Assembly (NCBI RefSeq): GCF_001194135.2
Contig: NC_068993.1
Location: forward strand, 64,805,753 to 64,869,752
Reading direction: 5' to 3'
DNA from: Octopus bimaculoides
Taxonomy: Eukaryota
DNA length: 64,000 nucleotides
The notes below the pieces were generated by a model. That model saw only the letters and a program-made list of their open reading frames with translations. It was not told where the DNA came from and searched no databases. Shown here one piece after another: positions 1 to 13,436 of this stretch (the first letter of the stretch is position 1; each line of letters begins with the position of its first letter). The position numbers and the translations under genes are program-made.

Positions 1-427
1 GCTGGAAAAGAGAACCCTGTCAGCGAAAGTATATGAACGGAGATGGAAGGAAGTAGTGAAAAAGGTGGGTGTAAGTCACCCAAACTAATCATTGAGAAAA
101 TAAAAGGCAAACTGCTGGGCCTTATAGGCTGCCGGGTTGAAAACCCAATCTCCCCCTTTTTTTATAGACATACATGTGTGTAGGTGTATGTGTGGGTATG
201 TATGTGTGTGTGTGTGTATGTATGTATGTATATATGTGTATATATGTATATATTTATATAGATGTGTGTGGGTATGCATGCATATGTATGTCTGAATATT
301 TCAAAGTCATCGTTATTTAAATTGTAAATTTTATAAAAACATCGTAAAAAAAAGTCTAAAGTAAATTGGTAAAACTGGAACACAATCGTGTTTTTTAATT
401 AAACTTATACACATACGTATGTATGTA

Positions 428-444
428 GACAGACAGACAGGCAG

Positions 445-527
<83 letters not shown>

Positions 528-580
528 CACAGACAGACGGATGGACGGACGGACAGATAGATAGATAGATAGACAGACAG
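428..580 (+). repeat. Compound (GATA)n/(GACA)n/(GACG)n microsatellite
   Basis: Direct reading. Confidence 0.95.
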
Positions 581-699
581 ACTTGTTTCCGACCACTTCT
601 ATGCACTCTAGCAAGAATAGGTTAGAGAAACGCCACCACTTGCAAGCGCAATGTGCATAGAAGACGCATGAAGTGTTAAAAAGTGGCAACAAAGTATTG

Positions 700-1385
700 C
701 AGAAAGACCATATTGTGCTAGACCATCGAATGCGGCGACTACTGACATGAACTGCCAGAGAAAAGCCGAATTGGCCCGCGAGGACATACGAGTCACAAGC
801 TTTAAGCTTGCTGCCACAACTACACTGTAGTCAGAACACATTACAGAAGATGGCGGGAGTTTTTGGATATCGGAAAATGTGTACAAAGGGAGTACCTCCG
901 GCGTTGGCACTTGATTCGAGGGATAGAAGAATGGACATTTCCTCTATTATGCTGAAAGTTGTTTGAAACCAATAAAAGCACGTTTTTCCGACTGGGTGAA
1001 AATCATGCAACGTTGCCGTATTTTTATGTGCCAGAAACGAAATCTTATCTCCCGGCATGGTAACACATTTTTCAGGGCTTAGAGAGTTCAAGAATCAGCG
1101 ATTTGCATAGAAAGTCACTGCGACTGTTTTTTAAACATGACATGAACGCATTCTTCTTGCTGTTTTGGAACCTGGCTGACCTTTGAAAAGCGAGTGGTTC
1201 ATTTACACACTCAAAAATTTAGAAAATCCATTAAGAGAAAGGACAAGAATCAGGAAACGATTTTTATTTATCACGGCAATGCATGATCACTTACTTCTTG
1301 AACAACAAATCAAAAATTAACAAATTAGGCTGGTCAGTGGTCTGCATCAGCCTTACAGCTTGGATCTGGCAACTCTCTTTCCCAT
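700..1385 (+). mobile_element. Decayed mariner transposase remnant
   Basis: Frameshifted translations include GYRKMCTKGVPPAL (cf. LGYRKVCARWVPRxL), FYVPETKS and HQPYSLDLA (cf. HPPYSPDLAP). Confidence 0.75.
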
Positions 1386-2276
1386 GGCGTACGGTATAAT
1401 GACAGCTGCTAGACAGAAACAAGGAATGCATTAGCACAGTTGTTTCCATACCTCAGAACTAATCTACACCGAAATAGGTAAATTTTTTGCTCACTCTCTT
1501 CTGAGAAGGCGAAGTAGATTAAAAATTTCTTCATCGTCAGAGACTTAAATGTTTCAAATAATCGTAACTTTAAAAATAAAAATATAGCAATATCGCCTCC
1601 CCCCACTCACATCCACAATATATTACACATTATATAATGAAAAGTGGAGTCGATATTAAAAAAGGTGGTGAACACATCGTCATCTATTTTTAAAATTACC
1701 ATCATCTGAAGCATTTAAAACTTACTTGTCCAACACCAAATCGATGAAGAAATTCGAAGTGTGCTCAAGGTGTTCTCCGAGAATGTGAACGTGATCAGGT
1801 CGTCGTTGCCTCAAACTGGTCGGCTCCTACTTGTAACTATCTAATTTCTCTACTGCTGCTTGATTGGCATTTTCCCCCTTTCTGGTTTGCTAAACATTTT
1901 TATATATTTTACAATTTGATGAATTGCAACATTTTCTATTTTGCTACCAGATTAAATATTTTGAAAATAACTTCAGGTTTTTTTCATCTTTTGTGGTTTT
2001 ATTTTGTTGTTTTGTTTTTTTTTTTAGTTGTATTTCGTTCACTAATCATGTTTTGCGCTATAAAAACTGTTGCCTACAAAAGGAGTGTATTATTTGGCAA
2101 AAATGATTGAAGAAAAGTGATAATATTCTTAATTAAGTGAACCTGAAAATAGTAGAAGAGAAGGAAAATATCACAGCTGAAGTCGTTAATAAAATAATTC
2201 TTTTTAATATTTGCATGCATCATTTATTCCTGTTTGATACCATTTTATTTATTTTTCTTCCTTTACAAACTTACAG

Positions 2277-2429
2277 GAACAACTACAAATGCAGAACTTT
2301 TGGGGAAAAAATGTGGCAATCAGACTCTGACGTTTGTATCTTCGAGCTGGAGTGTATATGTAGTGCTTCAACTAAAGAAATCAAACAGAAGCAACGCGTT
2401 GCTGGCGACATTCTATTCAGAGAAAAAAG
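2277..2429 (+). CDS. CUB exon, third exon of the cassette (C-terminal half of a CUB domain)
   Basis: Acceptor ...ctttacaaacttacag|GA and donor AAAG|gtaggt. 153 nt, phase 1-1. Translates (G)TTTNAELLGKKCGNQTLTFVSSSWSVYVVLQLKKSNRSNALLATFYSEKK. Confidence 0.85.
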
Positions 2430-5400
2430 GTAGGTGTATGTATGTGATCGTAAATGTTGGTTATTTTGTATTATTAACACTGGAGGATTGTACGATAAAT
2501 TTATGCTCGACATAATTTGGACTCAGAATGTAGAGGGTAGAAAGCCTTTTGTCAGGTACTCCACCAATTCCAAAAAACTTCGCCTAAGGTATGATTCATA
2601 TCCACTGTGTTTACCGAAAATTGCTCCTTCAAATACTGTATACGGAAGAAAAAAAACGGTCATTAAGCTAATCTCTCGGAAAAGGTTGACTCTTCCACCG
2701 CAAAATATCAGACCGAAACTCTTGCTAAATGAACAAAGTCATTTACAAAGTTTACTAAGTTACTATCAAGTCTACATGCAGAAAAACCGTAACTCTGGTG
2801 ACCGAAAAAGGCATACTGTTCTTCCATGATGGGGCACTGCCTTTAAAAGTTTAGTACGTTCGGTATTTATTCTAACGATGGCGAGGCATCACAGTCCATT
2901 GCAGCATTACCTATTTACCGCTGAGTATGTGGTATATCTTTCGTATATACATTATATATGTATGTATACATACACGTACACATAAATATGAAAGTATTTA
3001 CGTATGTGTTTGTGTGCGTGCGTGCGTGTGTGTGTGTGTGTTTGTAAATATGCACGGATATATCTTAATTATAAAGTTTTGTATATGTGTGTGATGTAGT
3101 CCATCTATGCTGGAACCACAGCATATCACAACGTGTAACTTCGTGCGATATCTTAAAAACATGTAATATCTTAATCATCAAATTCAATCAATACATGTTC
3201 ATCATTTATTTCTGTACGTTAAAAACCTAAATACGGTGATGTGGCTTCGAAAGTCCCCTGACTGCTTCTGCGTTATTAGAAACTGTGTCTGGTGGAATTC
3301 CCCCGCCGCAGATACATTTGCTTCACATCACAACAGTCATCATTAATATGATAAAAGTTGCATCGTTATGATATGTCGCGGTGCAACAAAGGATTATAAT
3401 GAATTATACCAAAATAACGTTCATTAACCATTGGTTTTCCCCGTGGGGATCTGTAAATTAATCATTCTTTATTAATGAACACTGTGGCGCCGTCTAGGAT
3501 AAAAATAGATTTTAATCAAGATTTTTTTTAAAGTGTATAATCCGACAGCAGTAATTTGTTTCGCTTTTATTTCGTAATTAAATCAAATGACTTTAATTAA
3601 TTATTATTTCCTATTAGTAGTAGTATTATTGCTGTTGTTGTCGTTATTGATTGTTGAATCATTAATTTACCGAACCAAAATGCAGGAATTAGTAGTATCT
3701 CTTTCCATTTCTCAGTTCAAATCCCGTTGAGGTCCATCTTACCTTTTACCATTCCAAGGGTCCTTAGTAATAACTCAGGACACCAAACTATTGTCCTTGT
3801 GCTTTTTATTTGAAACATTCAATATCATTATCATCATCATCATCATCATCACCATCGCTATAAAATTCAGACTCATCGTCATTGCGTTTACTAGAGGTTC
3901 AGTAGTTATAAAAGTATGTGCTACATTACAAATAGGAATTCTACTGCTTTTATCCGGATCCATAAGGCTCGTATGTACTCCTGTTTCATTAGTTTTGCGA
4001 ATTTACTGCTGTTTTATAGGCATCCTTCATTTTTTCATGCATTTTACATTGGCACTGACGTCAATCCCGCTGCAATGATCTCACTTTTGCTGAGGTCCTT
4101 ATAACGAGAAGAATTTCAGCTCAAAACGAAAGAAATTTCACTGATATTGTAAGTTGTTTCGTCAAATACTTCAACAATTTCGCCGATCTACTGCTTTGAA
4201 CACGTCCTTTATTTGGAGATGTCCTAACGATGAAAGACAACGTTAAGCTAGATGAGTTTGGACATAGAATGCAGAAAGCTTCAATAAATACAAATCGTTC
4301 TATCCAGCACTCGAATGACTCTGTTAATTGCCCCATTAAACATATAATTCAGATTATATTCCTGAGGGCCTATATCTAAATGTCTGTTGAGTCTGGGCAG
4401 CTACTGAAAGCATTCTTTCGAGTGAGAAAAAAGTGAAACACAAAAAGTGTCTGAAACAAATAAATAATAATTGGATATAACCAACATTATATATAAGCAA
4501 CATAAATTGGCTGTTTTGTTTGCTTCCACGTTAAAAATGAAATTTTTTTTTTCTTCCAAATTGTTTAAACTGTTTCCATATTGTTTAAACTGTTTCCATA
4601 TTTTGTATGTTTCTTATTTCTGGATGAAAAAGTAATCAGTCAACCGAATGAGACATCAGACTGATCCAAGCAATATTACCTTCAGGCTTAAAAACTAATC
4701 TTAACAATTAGCTCGACGAATAAAAATGTGCCCTGTTCGGAGTTGTTTTTCTTGTTTAGTTCCGGCTCAGTCCTTCAACAAAGCAATTCCAACCTTAACT
4801 ATCCCGTTTTTTTTTCCTTATATGTAAGGAAACTATATTCAGTATTGGATATGATTTGAAGAAGGTTTGCCTGTTCTCTCTTCTAGGGCGAGTTTATCAC
4901 GACGAGGCTCTAACCTTAGTTCACTCTGTGTTGAGCCATAACAAATAAAACTCAGCTGACAAAGTTTGTCTTCGTGTAGAGTCATAACTTGCACACTGTA
5001 GTATTTTAGTAGTTTAGTATTTTATCCAATGAATTGTGCTGCGATAAAGGTTGCAAAGAACTGGTACGATAATAAAATTCCAATCGCCATCTTATAAACC
5101 ACAGAAAGTTTATTAATGCAATACGAGTTTAAATAAGTTGTAAGGATTGTTATAAAGGAAGATGAAAAATTGACAGAATCGTTAGAAGATTGGATAGATG
5201 CAAGATGTAGTCCGAGTCTCAACGATTTGGGTTCAAATCCGGTCGCGGTCGACTTAACGATTCAATTTTGGGAAACGATGCAGCGGGTTGACGGAACTAT
5301 TACATATTCGAGCCAGATGCTCTGCAGTATCTATTCCAGCTCTTTGTGTTATAAAAATATTACCTGAGGCAATATTGGTGCCAAGCTGTTGGCAGTTTTT

Positions 5401-6337
5401 TCCTGTGGATAACCAATAGTGAGTAAAAACTTCCAGACACAGGCAACTGTCAGTCTTCCGCGCAAACTTTTGCCCGGACTGGTGCCTACATGTTTTAATC
5501 GGAAAGTTATAACGATAAAAGCTCCCAAAGATCTTATGCTTATTCAAGTTTTCTGCATTTAGCAATATTACTAGATTGGAAAATTACATTAAATTCAGAA
5601 GCAATCATATAATTATTAAATAATTATTTCATTATGCATTCAAGGTCAACATGATTGTCAGTAAGAAGTCTGCATTTCATATACTAAAACCATAAAAAAA
5701 TACAAAGACTTACAGAATATACGATGTACAAGATATAGGGGTTGTTTTATGTTCCTGAATTATTTATTCATTCACTAAGCACACTGACCCACATATGTCT
5801 TAAACAGATTTTGCTCAGTTAGTTTCTAAAATATATTTTGTGTATTTAGTGAAATAATTTGCATGCCAAGAGCCGAAATTTTGACAGCCTCTTAAAAGAG
5901 ACTGTCAAACATAGGATTTATATTCAGCATCTCAAACAAATGAAACTGCGGAGACAGCTTTCACTATGGTGTTGTTGTTGTTGTTGTTGTTGCTCGAATT
6001 CCATCTACAACTATCCAACCAATCTTTGATCATTGCGTGTCCAGGATAACGTTATCCAAAATAGCCCTCTCTTTTCAGAACAGTAGGCTATGGTTTGAGA
6101 GATATTTCGCTACCATTTCTAGCAGGGGCGTCGGGAGCAACTACATATTTTCTCGTTGGTTCGGTAGATTTGTTGTTAAGCCACTTCGAATCACAAATAT
6201 TCTGAACCGTAGCAAACGACCGAGAATACAAGCTTTAACATTATTCTATCCACCAAGTTTTTAATATGGTCTCTTATGTAGAATTATGTTGCAGAATCGA
6301 CTGTAATCCAAAGATATTTTCTCATTCATTTTGGCAG

Positions 6338-6428
6338 AGGCTCAGTGTAAGGATATCGATAACCGAATAAGCTTTTCCGATCAGAAGAACTACATATCCT
6401 CTCCCGAATTCCCGCGAATATACAGAAG
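6338..6428 (+). CDS. CUB exon, first exon of the cassette
   Basis: Acceptor cattcattttggcag|AG and donor AGAAG|gtaaga. 91 nt, phase 1-2. Translates (E)AQCKDIDNRISFSDQKNYISSPEFPRIYR(S), with the first Cys and the SPxFP motif. Confidence 0.88.
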
Positions 6429-6463
6429 GTAAGAATTTTGGTTATTCTCAAACATTTACAAAC

Positions 6464-6466
<3 letters not shown>

Positions 6467-6507
<41 letters not shown>

Positions 6508-7075
6508 TTGTGTATATGTCTTTGTGTGAGTGTATGTATATATATATATGTATGTATGTATTTATGTATGAATATGTGCATATATATATGTATGTATGTA
6601 TTTATGTATGAATATGTGCATATATATATGTATGTATATATTTATGTATGAATATGTGCATATATATATATATGTATGTATATATTTATGTATGAATATG
6701 TGCATATATATATATGTATGTAGATATTTATGTATGCATACGTGCATATATATATATATATATATGTATATACACACACGTACATATTCCTACTCACTCA
6801 TGTATATATGTTTACATATATTCTTTTATTCCTTTATACCTTTCAGCCATGCGATTGCTTTCATATATGTATGCATGCATGTATGTATGTATGTATGTAT
6901 GTATGTATGTACATATGTATACACGCATGTATGTATGTGTGTATGCAAGTATGCCTGTATGTATGTATATGCATATGTATATGTATGTGTGTGTATAAAT
7001 ATATGTATATACACACGCTCAAATATGCACACACACGTGAGTGTTTAAGTATATCTATAAATATATACATGTGCA

Positions 7076-7114
<39 letters not shown>

Positions 7115-7160
7115 GTATTTGTGTATGTATGTATGTTTGTATGCATGTATGTATGTATTA
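6467..7160 (+). repeat. TA/TG/TATG compound microsatellite containing a 40-bp higher-order unit x5 (6541-6746)
   Basis: tatatatatgtatgtatgtatttatgtatgaatatgtgca repeated at 6541, 6581, 6621, 6661 and 6705. Confidence 0.9.
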
Positions 7161-8289
7161 TAAAGAAAGTGAGCGTGAAAAGGGGAGTTAAAATAAGATT
7201 CTTTTCTTGTAGATAGATCGCAAAAAATGTCTTTGTCTCTCTCAGTCGCTTTTTATAGTCCAATTTCTAGCGTATGTACTTGTAATCCTCTGTGTGTGTG
7301 TATGTGTGTCCGTACTTGCGGGGAGGGGGACGCACTCGCGTTTCTTTTTTTTTTTTTTGTCTCTTTCTATTTTACTCCTCCACCAAGATCATGGTAATTT
7401 CAGTAAAGACTACTTTGTCGTAACTTCCAGTAACTTCTTCAAGGAATTCTTTCATCTTTATTGCTTATGATTTACCGATTCACAGAGGAAATCATAATGG
7501 TCGAATGGATAATTTATCGCATCGACTCACCAGCACCAGCCCCTATGCCACCCCCTTTGCACATGTCTAAGAACGGTGGTGTTGTGGGGCTTCTTCTACT
7601 AGCTCTGATAATGTGCTGTTGCTATTTTTGTTGTTGCTAGGTTCGGTGATAGTTACGGTAACTAATAGATGTGCTATTCTTTCTACAAAGTTTCATATTA
7701 AAGCCACTCTACTTCTCTGAAATACAAGCCAACTAGGATGGGTGCATGTTGCCTCTTAACGCGCTAGGAACTCTAGTCAAATCTCACTTAACTCTTATCT
7801 AACCCTCCGCCTTGTTTAGGGATAATACTCTCATTGGTTTCCTACATACAGGAAGATGAGATGGTGACAACAAGAATACTTTGAATCATAGTGCTTGTCG
7901 ATCAAGGCAAACTTGGAGTTAAACTACAGTAAATTCCTTGAAATACGAGACAAAAAGAGAGTGATGTTGCTTTTAGAAAACAGGCAGCCAAATCCCCTTC
8001 AAATTACAGCTTAAATGTAAAAAGACACCTTGGCTAATACAGCCCCAGATAAGGAGCACTGGTTGGTAGAAAGATTAGGGATTTTTTTTCTTTTCGTTCT
8101 GAGTACAACTTTTTATCATTATCAAGTCGATTAAATAGGTACCAGTGAGTAAAGTAAGAACTGGGGTTGATGCATACAAATCCAGTATGGCTGCACTTTA
8201 CTGAAGAAAGCCTATAAACAATAAACATGTCCGATGAAGACAGAATGGTCGCGATTGAGTTATCAATGATCCTGAAGATCGTCTAGTGG

Positions 8290-8580
8290 CAGTTGGCTTG
8301 TCTTAATTTTGGAGGGCAGTGACACCCTGTTGGACGTGAAAAAACGGAGCTTTGGTTTGGAGTCACAGTCGAGATCTTCTTCCAAACCAAATCGAAGAAT
8401 GAGGAAAACATCCTAGACCTTATCCCCTTGACTAGTGCTGTGGAGATAAAAGTTGCAGTTGAGGTAAGAAAGTCAATAAGTCACTTGTGTGGTGCTGAAG
8501 GCCATTTCCGAGATTCCAGCCCGAAACAAAAAACAGGAGGGAGAACGCAGTCACAACTGCCAACACCACAGCCCCATTAA
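8290..8580 (+). mobile_element. Decayed gag-like ORF1 fragment with degenerate CCHC zinc knuckle
   Basis: Translates VEVRKSISHLCGAEGHFRDSSP. The outer Cys codons of CX2CX4HX4C are one substitution away (AGT, AGC). A low-complexity A/C-rich stretch follows. Confidence 0.4.
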
Positions 8581-11035
8581 CAAGTGTAGCGTACAGCAGT
8601 AAAAGCAGCAGCAGCAGCAGCAGCAGCAGCAAAGGGGACAGACACAATAGTAGCAGCACCAAAATCAACAAGTGCAGAACTAACATTCGCCACCCAAGAA
8701 GTCTTCAACTTAACTCCCTCTCTTTCAAACACAAATGTACATATGGACACACACGAAAACTAGGTCTATCTGCACTCCCACCAACATCGGATCTTCCAGA
8801 TATGGAAATCTCATTCTGGGAGGAGGAGGAGAAACAACAAAATTTATAAAACAAAAAACAACAAAAAGATAAAAAATCATAAAAATGCTCCACCCATTCT
8901 AAACGAACGACATAATCATGACCGTCTCACCGGAAGTAAACCTACACTAAACACAGCCAAATTCACAACTCCTCCAATATCCACTTCAACATAATGAAAT
9001 CACACAGGAATAACACTGCAGACCAACACACAAAAGCAACATCAACAAAACACCCACTCTAAACTTTGTACTGAGAAGGAGCGTGATTATATCACTGATG
9101 TCCTTAATTGTATAAGTACCACAAAATTTGAAATCAGTGAAACTGGACAGGAATAATTTATCCAATGAAACGGGTATTAAATATCGGTACTGGAAGAGTG
9201 GAATAATCACAAGATCGACCCTTCCCCACCCCCAGAAGGACTGTACAGTGATCAAAATAGAGGTAGAGATGCTGTTCACACCCGAATGTTTTCGAGGGAT
9301 TCTCGAGCTTATCAGTATGAAAATTGGGAACACAAAAGAATTGTGATAAAAGATAGGTTTTAGCATCTAGCCCGGTGTTCAAAGTAAACTGACACTACTC
9401 GGAACTGTTTCGCATTGCCTGCTGGACAAGCTTCCCTCCTTTGATCCTTTTGTATGTATTGACTCTTCAGCCACTTTTACATAAGCTGGGACACTTGAGA
9501 GACATCTCTTTGGAATTAGGCTATTCAAGGTCCTTGTAAACGATGTCGAATGACACTGTAAAGGAAGAGGTCAAAAGAATGCATTCAGTTTTGATGGCCG
9601 ATATTTGCTTATAAATTCTATTCATTTATTCGTTGTACTTCTGTTGTTGAATCGCTACCCTGCTAAAGAAGGAATTCGAGTTTGCACCTCACGGTATTCA
9701 AGATGTTGATTCAAGGGAATTTTCTTTCAGTGTAGTTGTCTAATTTTAAAGACAGTGCAAGTTCATATGTTATGGAGCGAAAATCTTTAGCAGTTAAATG
9801 AATGTCAATGTATCGTAAACCAGAAAAAAAAAACTCTTTCATCTAATTCGCTATGGAATACAACAATGACAAACCCCTTTTTTAAATACATAAGTAATAA
9901 AAAGAAATAAATTGACATATACTTTAAGCTAATTGCCGTTAAAATTTCCTACAACTTAGCAAAATGTACTTTTTAAATTCAATCAACAATGAAATTCAAT
10001 GAGCGAAACAAATTGATATTGAGGTACTTCGAAATGCAAAAGAGAGATGTGAAAAGGAAGTTATACTTTTGACTCCAAAAACTGTGAAGTCTTTGCAACC
10101 ATTCATCAAAACTTATCAATATTACATCGAAACCTGGAGATGAAAAGGTCACTGAAAACAACTTTTGAAAGAAAAGCGAAATTAAAAACGACACTGATGC
10201 AAGCAAAGCTACATTCGAAAACTATGCATGTAAAAGTGAGGAAATATATTTACCGAATTTTGAAGCGAGCAACTATTTATTAGAAAATTCTGATTTCCAT
10301 TACAAGGAAGAATCTATTTCAAAAGTAACTTTCCGTGTTGCTCCTTATATTTAATATATATTTTGATACACAAAGACTGCAGAGAACATTATATTGGTCA
10401 AACTGGCCTAACACTATGTAGAAGAGTGATTCTGAACCGCAGCATATAAGACAATCATACGCAAGGAAAAAAACCCTGAATCAACATACTGGTGATTGTG
10501 TATGTCGAACCTTGCAACGAGTAAACATTAAATTGGTAATATATTTTGAAAATATATACAACCTTTCAGTACCTTTTCGATTTTGATTTTTATATTTATA
10601 TGTGCGCGTTTGTGTATATGTGTGTATGTATGTGTGTGCATAAATGTGTGTGATATTGTATAGTACACTGAATATAATACAACGCTAGGTCCAGTAACAT
10701 ATCTTCAAAAAATAAAGAAAACGGTTTTCTGGGATACTCAAAAATACTCTGTAGTGTTGTATGATGAAAAGAAAAAGAGTTATGTTACTGAGCCACAAGA
10801 TAACATTTGAGGAAAATAAAATAATTTGTATACCAAACAACTATATAAACAGAATTAATCACTGTCCTGCATAAAGAGGGGTGAGTTTTAAAATACATAA
10901 GAAATTGGACAGTAGTAGTGAAAGAACGATGTATTATATTTAATCTACTATATCATATTGTATAAATATTTCACTTTACACTTGTACTGAGTACTCTATT
11001 TCTCTTCGCGTGAACACATATCATTTACAAATACG

Positions 11036-11076
11036 CACGCACACGCACACACACACACACATACACACACACACAA

Positions 11077-11112
<36 letters not shown>

Positions 11113-11209
11113 ATATGTATATATATGTATATATGTATATATATGTATATATGTATATATGTATATATATGTATATATGTATATATATGTATATATATGT
11201 ATATATATG

Positions 11210-11242
<33 letters not shown>

Positions 11243-11636
11243 GTATATATATGTATATATATGTGTATATATATGTATATATATGTATATATATGTGTAT
11301 ATATATGTATATATNNNNNNNNNNNNNNNNNNNNNNNNNNNNNNNNNNNNNNNNNNNNNNNNNNNNNNNNNNNNNNNNNNNNNNNNNNNNNNNNNNNNNN
11401 NNNNNNNNNNNNNNNNNNNNNNNNNNNNNNNNNNNNNNNNNNNNNNNNNNNNNNNNNNNNNNNNNNNNNNNNNNNNNNNNNNNNNNNNNNNNNNNNNNNN
11501 NNNNNNNNNNNNNNNNNNNNNNNNNNNNNNNNNNNNNNNNNNNNNNNNNNNNNNNNNNNNNNNNNNNNNNNNNNNNNNNNNNNNNNNNNNNNNNNNNNNN
11601 NNNNNNNNNNNNNNNNNNNNNNNNNNNNNNNNNNNN

Positions 11637-11683
<47 letters not shown>
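11036..11683 (+). repeat. (CA)n/(TA)n/(TATATATG)n microsatellite spanning an N gap
   Basis: Direct reading; gap at 11315-11636. Confidence 0.9.
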
Positions 11684-11685
<2 letters not shown>

Positions 11686-12452
11686 GTGGGGTTGTACCTA
11701 TCCATATGTGCATCTATATCGAAAAAATTGATTGCCTCAATTCAGAAATAGTCCAATTATGCACAATCAACATTTTTTCCGTATGCTAAGAGTAATTCTC
11801 ATTATTTTATTATTTCTTTGCAATTTTTTTTATTCTGTAGCCTTTCTTTGAATCACCGATTCCATGAATATACAATATTCATTCATATGGGATATTAGAA
11901 TCTAATTTAGTTTTCTCTTATTAGAGACTACTCCAGATATAACCAAGATTTCACATTTTTCCTGACATTGTTTCTATGCTGATATATACGTATATGTGTT
12001 TGAGTGTGTGTATGTGAACGCGTGTCTATACTTTTAATAGTGTTATTCTTGTTAAATTGTTCGTCAATGTTCCTGCTAGATTTCTCACTCACTCTCAAGA
12101 ATAATATTTCCGACAATTCCACTATTATAATAAAAATATCCCCCAACTTAATTAAACTATATTTTAATCTTTTCGTTTTGTTTTTATTGTAGAAGTGGGT
12201 TTTAAAGCTATTTCTTCTTTCTATTTTTCTGTATCTTTTTGGCATATTGGTAATATACTGTGTATTTTTTTATTTGTTTTTCTTCTATATATTCATTTAT
12301 TTACTATAATATTTAGATTTCTCTTTACGTCGTGCAAAAAGTCAATTATTACTAATCTTTTCGTTAAAAAATCAATACGGATGAATGAAGCGATTTTAAA
12401 CTCCTATTTTATCGTCATTAGCAAAGTATTAATTTTGTTTCCGATACAAGTC

Positions 12453-12453
<1 letters not shown>

Positions 12454-12506
<53 letters not shown>
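12454..12506 (+). repeat. (TAT)n trinucleotide microsatellite
   Basis: Direct reading. Confidence 0.95.
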
Positions 12507-12507
<1 letters not shown>

Positions 12508-12789
12508 CTCCAGAGATTTTATTCACTTTGTTTACCGACACTACAACTCTACCATTATACTTCCACGAAATGCAATCCTTATGTTTTGATTTTCTTTTTT
12601 AAATAAATGTGCACATATGTGATACATTTCCACACCTTTCGAATTACCCCGCCATGTATCATTAATCATTTGCATAGCACATATACACACATACGCATAT
12701 ATAAAAATATGCGTATGTATGTGCGTGCGCGTGTACATATATATGTATGTAAATATATATATGTATGTATGTATGTATGTGTGTGTGTG

Positions 12790-12962
12790 TATAGATCGCT
12801 AGCTACTAAACCTTTTCTGTTTATTTCTGTGTTCCTTTCTGTCGAAGAGCGTAGGCGCGAAACGTAAAAGACTTTCTCACTTCCCGAGCGTTAAACTAAT
12901 ACAACTGTTTGTTGTATACACACCCGTCTTCGTCCTTTGCGTTTTTTGTAAAGTCTCACTAT
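12790..12962 (+). mobile_element. Short repeat end resembling a Penelope-like element terminal repeat, containing a hammerhead-like core
   Basis: cttt-CTGTCGA-A-GAGC-gtag-GCGC-GAAAC-GTA-aaag at 12835-12870, flanked by microsatellites. Confidence 0.45.
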
Positions 12963-13116
12963 GTATATATATATATATAATATATACACCCGTAATATAC
13001 ACACGTAATCCATTATTACGCATCTCTTTGTTCCTATTACTGTCATTATCCGGTACTCTATTAAACTGTTACCAACACAAGCACAGTCGGTATATATAAG
13101 TAACTGGACAGGATGA

Positions 13117-13170
13117 GGAAGGAATTCGTGCATGGATATGGAAGGAATTCGTGCATGAATTCGTGCATGG
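13117..13170 (+). repeat. Short tandem duplication of (ggaagg)aattcgtgcatg x3
   Basis: Direct reading. Confidence 0.85.
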
Positions 13171-13247
13171 CAAACGTGTTCAAGGACTTTACGTAATCGT
13201 ACTATGTGTACGAAAATGATTAGATTTTCTAAACAGTATTCTGTGAC

Positions 13248-13436
13248 TAGCACGCCGAGCAAAATGCTTGGCGGCATTTCGTCCGTCTTTACGTCTTGAG
13301 CTCAAATTCCGCTGAGATCGACTATGTCTTTCATCCTTTCGGGGTCGATAAAAGAAGTACCAGTCATATACTGGGTGAATATATTCGACTTACGCCCTCT
13401 CCCAAAATTACTGGCCTTGTATCAAAATTTGAAACT
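13248..13436 (+). mobile_element. tRNA-derived SINE, family 1
   Basis: Head tagcacgccg...gctcaaattcc (B-box-like) and central tctttcatcctttcggggtcgataaa..aagtaccag. Homologous to the copies at 17.2, 19.4, 25.5, 31.6-32.3 and 41.1 kb. Confidence 0.85.

Noticed and set aside
2434-2829. 131-aa ORF downstream of the first exon
   Set aside because: It starts inside the intron just after a strong donor and has no recognisable domain or splice support.
6562-7191. YICMYV/HTYI-type ORFs here and at 11.0, 14.5, 19.9, 21.4 and 24.7 kb
   Set aside because: Microsatellite translations.
8432-8686. Signal-peptide-like poly-Leu ORF on the minus strand
   Set aside because: The Leu run is the reverse complement of a CAG microsatellite within a probable retroelement relic.
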